Shown here: positions 59,771 through 64,000 of the stretch, piece by piece | How the letters are laid out: each line of letters starts with the position of its first letter | How positions within the stretch are numbered: position 1 is the stretch's first letter | Assembly (NCBI GenBank): GCA_021787565.1 | Contig: JAJYLT010000004.1 | Coordinates: 52,295 to 116,294, forward strand | Direction of reading: 5' to 3' | DNA length: 64,000 bases | Source of the DNA: Acidobacteriota bacterium | GTDB lineage: Bacteria; Acidobacteriota; UBA4820; DSQY01 | Program-made: the position numbers and the translations under genes | Notes under the pieces: model-generated | The model's input: only the letters and a program-made list of their open reading frames with translations | Databases searched by the model: none | Told to the model about the DNA's origin: nothing

Positions 59771-60007
59771 ATGGTTATGAGGCAGCTTACCTCGGTCGTA
59801 CTCGGCCTGTCGTTCGGAATAGCGGCATGGGCCGGCAACTTCCGGTTGCGCCCCGTAGGCGGGAATGTACCTTCCGGCCAGGAAACGGTCGCGGAGGTAG
59901 TTACGAACCCCCGATGGCAGGCGCTGCCGCCGTTGCCGGTCCATGTGGCGGGAGCGGCGAGAGGTGAAGATACTCCCAACGAGAACTGCGCGGGAGTCGG
60001 AGCATGA
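59771..60007 (+). CDS. small secreted protein (78 aa), translationally coupled to the downstream large gene
   Basis: RBS GGAGGG. Signal peptide MRQLTSVVLGLSFGIAAWAG. Its stop overlaps the next start (ATGA). Confidence 0.5.
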   Translation: MVMRQLTSVVLGLSFGIAAWAGNFRLRPVGGNVPSGQETVAEVVTNPRWQALPPLPVHVAGAARGEDTPNENCAGVGA

Positions 60008-62727
60008 AGAGATATTCGATTGAGAGAAAGGGCGTTACAGGGCCAAAGGTATGGAAGGCGTGGGCCTTTGCGGCCTTCGCCGGGGCGGTAATCTTGACCG
60101 GGCCGGTCGAAGCCGACACGCCGCCAGCCGATCTAATCCATCTGACCCCCTTATCGGGCGGAGTCATGAGCGTGATCCCGGCCGGGCCGGCCGATTTGAG
60201 TCTGCCCGGTCTGCACATCGTGGCGGTGGATGCCGCCCCCGGTGAGATCGTTCAGGTCACCCAGGGGCAGGACGATGGCTGGGTGTCCGTTCCCCTGGTC
60301 GGCGGTAGAGCGAAGCTGCCGTTCCATCCGAGCACCTTGGGCGATCTCTGGTCGCTGCGATTTCGCACGGCCTCGGGCGACATGGCCTCGGTGACCCTGG
60401 TCCCCGACGAGAGCCTCGTCCTGGTTCCCCCGCCCACCGAGCCCCGGCCCCCGCTCCGGGGCCTCCTGGTCGCCAACTGGGGCACGGCCTCAAGGGCCAA
60501 AGTCCGGGCGCTCGACGAGAAGGGAAAGGCCCTCCCCGTTCTGTCGGTCGGGGGCGAGGCGCTACCCTGCAAAGGGAGTTGGTACGACCTGGGCTACGTT
60601 CCGTCGGGCTTCCAGGTCGGCTTGAGCGTCAGCATTCCGGGGGATGACCCTGCACCAGTGATCGTGCAGGTAAAAACAGACGACGGTCGGACGGCCTCCT
60701 ACGCCCTGCGCACGGTGACCGAGACCCTGAACACGACGCCCGTCTCCTGGCCCTCCGAGACGATCGGCTCGGGCGGCTGGACCGCATACACGCAGCTCGG
60801 CGCACCCATCGAGGACAAGAGCGCCGCAAACGGCGATCCCTCTACGGGCGGCACGACGCCGCAGCAGGACACGGACATCACGCGCGGCGACTCGCCCTAC
60901 TACCCCAGCGCCCTCTACGCCTTCGACCCCGTGAACCAGGTCTTCTTCTACCGCATCCGCGTCTCTTCTTCACCTCTCACCAACGGTGCGCAGTCCGGCG
61001 GGACATACACGGGCGGCGACCCTTGGGACAACGTGACCTGGAACCTGCTCATCGACACCGACGGGGACGGCCACAAAGAGTTCACGGTGGTCCTGGACGG
61101 CGACAGCGGGGGCCACGTCAACAGCGACATCTCCGCCACGCCCGGCGTGACGGACGGCGACGACCTCAAGGTCTACTACAACAACCTTCCCCAGCAGGAC
61201 GTCACGGGGGAAACGGTATCCAGCGGCCAGGTAACTGCCCCCGGCGACCTGGTCTGGTGGGGCAACGCCGGAACCCACAGCGCCACGGTGCCCGCGAACC
61301 CTTCGAACCCAGCGGACGGTGCCACGTGGGACTTCGGGCGTTCGCGCTGTGTGTACCACTCCTCCTCCAACGGGACCTGGGGGGCGGGCTGGTTCGTGGA
61401 CTTCCAGTTCCCGATCTCTGCGCTGATGGACGCCTGGAACAACGGCAACGGCGGGCGGCAGCTCGTGGGCGTCAACACTCCCATCGCCTTCGGGTACAGT
61501 ACGTCCAACAGCAACTCCAACCCCCTGCAGAAGGACTTCGCCTCGACCTACGCCTACACCGCGAGCGCTACGGCGCGCTTCCCCTTCTCCGACGTGGTAA
61601 CCCTCGCCACGGGCATCACACAGTTCCCCCAGGTGGGGAGCATGATGCTGTCGAACATCGTCTGTCCCAACCAGGCCACCGTCTCCACGAGTGTAGCCGA
61701 CGCCCTTCAGGTCTCGCCGCCGGACACAGGCAGCGGCACGGTGACGGACACTATCGGCAGCGTCACTTTTCAGTACTATGCCGACCTCAACGGCAACGGA
61801 CTGCCTGACGACGGCTCCTCATGGACGAACATGGCGACCGCGGGATCGAGCCTCAACCCCGACACGTCGGGCGACTTGGCACCGGACGGCATCACGGCCT
61901 CCTTCAACGACTGGGGCGTGGTCTGGAACACTTCGGGGCTGCCGAGCGGCCAGTACCTCATCAAGGTCATCGCGGTGGACGACCAGGGCAACACCACGAC
62001 CAAGACCATCGGCTCCTACGTGGTGGATTCCACGGGAGCCAACTGCCGCGTGGGCATCAACGCCTCCTGGAGCTCCTACAGCGACCCCAGCCACCTGGTG
62101 CCCTCCACCCTGTTCTTGAATAGCCCTCCGGCGACGGTGTACATGAACGGGTCCTTCTCGCCCTCCACCACCTACAACGTGGCCTATTACGACTCTACCG
62201 GCGCGCTTATCACCTACTCGGCGATGACCAGCGATACCTTCGGGACCATGCTATCGAGCCAGCTGGCGCTTACGAGCACCAGCCCGACCGGCACATACAA
62301 CAGCGTTGTTTACCCGGTTTCCTTCACCCCACCGAGCACCTTCAATGGTACCTATAACAGCACGTCTAACCCGCTGCTGGCGGACTGTGCCTTCATCGTT
62401 GCAGCTCCCTTCCCCGCCCTGCTCCGGTACCAGTGGACGACGCTTCAGACTTCGGGTGCCCTGGCCCCGCCGGATCCAGCGCAGGTCTTCCCCAACGACA
62501 CGCTACCCCTTCCGCCGAACACGCCCTCAGACCCGGCGCTGCCCACGAATCCCCAAGAGGTCGCCCAATTCCAGTCGGGCGCTACCTTCCCCCACCAGAG
62601 CACGGATGCCACCGACATGACGGTCCAAGTGGTCTACTACCAGCTTCAGGGAAACACGGGGAACACGCTGCGCGTCACCAAGGGCACCGACGCAAGCGGC
62701 AATCCCATCGTCCAAATCACCTACTGA
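60004..62727 (+). CDS. large secreted protein of unknown family (907 aa) with Asp/Gly-rich Ca-binding-like loops
   Basis: Signal peptide WKAWAFAAFAGAVILTGPVEA. The body is Ser/Thr/Gly/Asn-rich and beta-type. It has DxDxDG-like loops (LIDTDGDGHKEF, YADLNGNGLPDD). The GC content is lower than in the flanking housekeeping genes. Confidence 0.75.
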   Translation: MKRYSIERKGVTGPKVWKAWAFAAFAGAVILTGPVEADTPPADLIHLTPLSGGVMSVIPAGPADLSLPGLHIVAVDAAPGEIVQVTQGQDDGWVSVPLVGGRAKLPFHPSTLGDLWSLRFRTASGDMASVTLVPDESLVLVPPPTEPRPPLRGLLVANWGTASRAKVRALDEKGKALPVLSVGGEALPCKGSWYDLGYVPSGFQVGLSVSIPGDDPAPVIVQVKTDDGRTASYALRTVTETLNTTPVSWPSETIGSGGWTAYTQLGAPIEDKSAANGDPSTGGTTPQQDTDITRGDSPYYPSALYAFDPVNQVFFYRIRVSSSPLTNGAQSGGTYTGGDPWDNVTWNLLIDTDGDGHKEFTVVLDGDSGGHVNSDISATPGVTDGDDLKVYYNNLPQQDVTGETVSSGQVTAPGDLVWWGNAGTHSATVPANPSNPADGATWDFGRSRCVYHSSSNGTWGAGWFVDFQFPISALMDAWNNGNGGRQLVGVNTPIAFGYSTSNSNSNPLQKDFASTYAYTASATARFPFSDVVTLATGITQFPQVGSMMLSNIVCPNQATVSTSVADALQVSPPDTGSGTVTDTIGSVTFQYYADLNGNGLPDDGSSWTNMATAGSSLNPDTSGDLAPDGITASFNDWGVVWNTSGLPSGQYLIKVIAVDDQGNTTTKTIGSYVVDSTGANCRVGINASWSSYSDPSHLVPSTLFLNSPPATVYMNGSFSPSTTYNVAYYDSTGALITYSAMTSDTFGTMLSSQLALTSTSPTGTYNSVVYPVSFTPPSTFNGTYNSTSNPLLADCAFIVAAPFPALLRYQWTTLQTSGALAPPDPAQVFPNDTLPLPPNTPSDPALPTNPQEVAQFQSGATFPHQSTDATDMTVQVVYYQLQGNTGNTLRVTKGTDASGNPIVQITY

Positions 62728-62784
62728 GAACGCTGCCACACGCCGCTATGGCCAGGGCGTTTCAGGATGCGGAGCGGCCTCGCT

Positions 62785-62973
62785 TCAATCGTGTTCGTAA
62801 GCGGAAGGCGACGATGAGGTTGCGGCCGCCTGTTCTACCGTAAAGGTCTGGATGGCGTCGCGGTTGCGCCCCTGCCTGGCCACCTGGCCGTACCCCTCTT
62901 CGTCCGCCTTCTGGATGGCCGAGAGGACGCGGCGCATGTTGGCCTCATCGTCGGCGATCAGGATCTTGGCCAT
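62785..62973 (-). pseudogene. response-regulator receiver domain, N-terminal fragment only
   Basis: MAKILIADDEANMRRVLSAIQKADEEGYGQVA is a typical REC beta1-alpha1-beta2. The ORF ends after 62 aa, before the phospho-acceptor Asp region. Confidence 0.6.
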
Positions 62974-62982
62974 GGCAGAACC

Positions 62983-63390
62983 TCACCTTTCCGGACCGGG
63001 CAGCGTCAGGACGAACGGAACCCGCCCGGGTTCGTTGGCCTTCAGTTCCAGGGAGTCACCGTGGGCCACGGCGATGGCCCTGCCGATGGCCAGCCCGAGA
63101 CCCGTACCCTTGGGCTTCGTCGTGAAGAGGGGCTCGCATACCCGGGCCGCCGCCTCCTCGGGGATGAGGCCCGCGCTGTTCTCGACCCAACTGACGAACC
63201 AGGAACCAGGCGATGACCACCACCACGAGGTAGAAGAGGGCCGTGTTGGCCGCCTCGACCTACTCGCTCGCCTCGGTCGGCGGGTGCATCCGGGAGTAGA
63301 TCCACACCTCGGCCATGGTCATCGAGCCGGCCGCTGCGGCCACGGCCGATACCCCCCACGGGCCGAACCGGAAGGCGGCGGCCACGAGGG
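62983..63390 (-). pseudogene. sensor histidine kinase remnant (TM region + HATPase_c tail; in-frame stop and internal deletion)
   Basis: The last 67 codons read VENSAGLIPEE...EPLFTTKPKGTGLGLAIGRAIAVAHGDSLEL (G2 box). Directly upstream, in another frame, lies the TM helix ALFYLVVVVIAWFLV, preceded by a TAG at 63260-63262. No HAMP/HisKA segment remains. Confidence 0.6.
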
Positions 63391-63399
63391 GGACCACCA

Positions 63400-64000
63400 T
63401 CAGCACGATGGTGGCATGAGGCCCGGGAAGATCTCTCTCCGGTAGACCTGGAAGACCTCCAGCGAAACCGTGAAGAGCAGCGGGCCCACGATGATGCCCA
63501 GAAAGCCCATGGTGGCCAGCCCTCCGAGCACGCCCAGCAGCACCACCAGCAGGGGCACCTTGCTCTTCCCGCTGATGAAGTAGGGGCGGATGAAGTTGTC
63601 GATGGAGGAGACCACCGCCATGCCCCAGAGGGTGAGGATGGCCGCCTTCCCCACCTCCCCCATGGCCAGCAGGTAGAGCGCCCCGGGGACCCACACGAGG
63701 GCCGTCCCCACCACCGGGATGAAGGCCGTGATCACCATGACCGCACCGAAGAAGACCGGCGAGGGAAGCCCCACGATGGCGAAGCCGATGCCGCCCAGGA
63801 TCCCCTGCACGATGCAGGTCAGGACGATCCCGTAGAGCACCGCCGACACCACGCGCTTCACGGCTCCCACGATGACCGCCTTGTCCTCCTGCTTCAGGGG
63901 CACCATCTCCCAGAAGGCGGTGGTCATCTTCTGCCCGTCCCGGAAGGCGAAGAAGAGCACGGCGATCATGATGAAGAACTTGAAGACAGCGGCGATGGCC
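63400..64000 (-). CDS. AI-2E family transporter (PerM-like); N-terminus outside the window
   Basis: FIPVVGTALVWVPGALYLL, IDNFIRPYFISGKSKVP and LLVVLLGVLGGLATMGFLGIIVGP. The frame stays open to the window end. Confidence 0.8.
   Translation of the reverse strand, partial: AIAAVFKFFIMIAVLFFAFRDGQKMTTAFWEMVPLKQEDKAVIVGAVKRVVSAVLYGIVLTCIVQGILGGIGFAIVGLPSPVFFGAVMVITAFIPVVGTALVWVPGALYLLAMGEVGKAAILTLWGMAVVSSIDNFIRPYFISGKSKVPLLVVLLGVLGGLATMGFLGIIVGPLLFTVSLEVFQVYRREIFPGLMPPSC

Overview
This is a very GC-rich bacterial chromosomal segment, and most genes lie on the minus strand. All functional calls come from reading motifs in the supplied translations. No database search, HMM, folding or composition calculation was run.

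The backbone is housekeeping and physiology:
- Translation and core genes: proS (archaeal/eukaryal-type), gltX, glnS, murA, an rdgB-xerC-suhB overlapping operon, erpA, rlmI-like, pncA, mntP and tRNA-Phe(GAA).
- Secreted peptidases: M16, M13, an HExxH protein and two retropepsin-like paralogues.
- A Ser/Thr kinase.
- A dense c-di-GMP/phosphorelay cluster at about 46.0-55.2 kb.

Three things stand out.

1. **Accessory island at about 3.1-12.7 kb.** It is visibly lower in GC. An IS4-family transposase (frame-broken) and gene fragments sit on its left. It carries five co-oriented genes:
   - an 810-aa tandem TIR-like/NDT-like + P-loop NTPase fusion;
   - a lipoprotein;
   - a small-protein + membrane-protein pair;
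   - a 1211-aa Mrr-like nuclease + STAND-type NTPase + helical-repeat protein (Avs-like).

   The modules are separated by an island-specific ~50-bp imperfect palindrome. I regard this as a candidate defence island. I cannot match its overall arrangement to a named system from memory.

2. **Second accessory locus at about 59.2-62.7 kb.** It encodes a 907-aa secreted protein of unknown family. A small secreted-protein gene is coupled to it through an ATGA overlap. A ~115-bp near-identical copy of its own C-terminal coding segment lies 3 kb upstream inside a 76-aa ORF.

3. **Many unrelated intergenic repeat families:**
   - a ~150-bp MITE-like element with terminal inverted repeats and 8-bp target duplications (5 copies);
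   - an AT-rich ~185-bp MITE with a TTA duplication, inserted exactly at a stop codon;
   - tandem arrays of ~154-bp nested palindromes;
   - 7-8-nt microsatellites arranged as inverted arms of large intergenic palindromes;
   - a ~175-bp three-hairpin element flanked by a 23-bp duplication of a gene's 3' end.

Most long ORFs in the supplied track that overlap these genes in other frames or strands are high-GC shadow ORFs and were not annotated.
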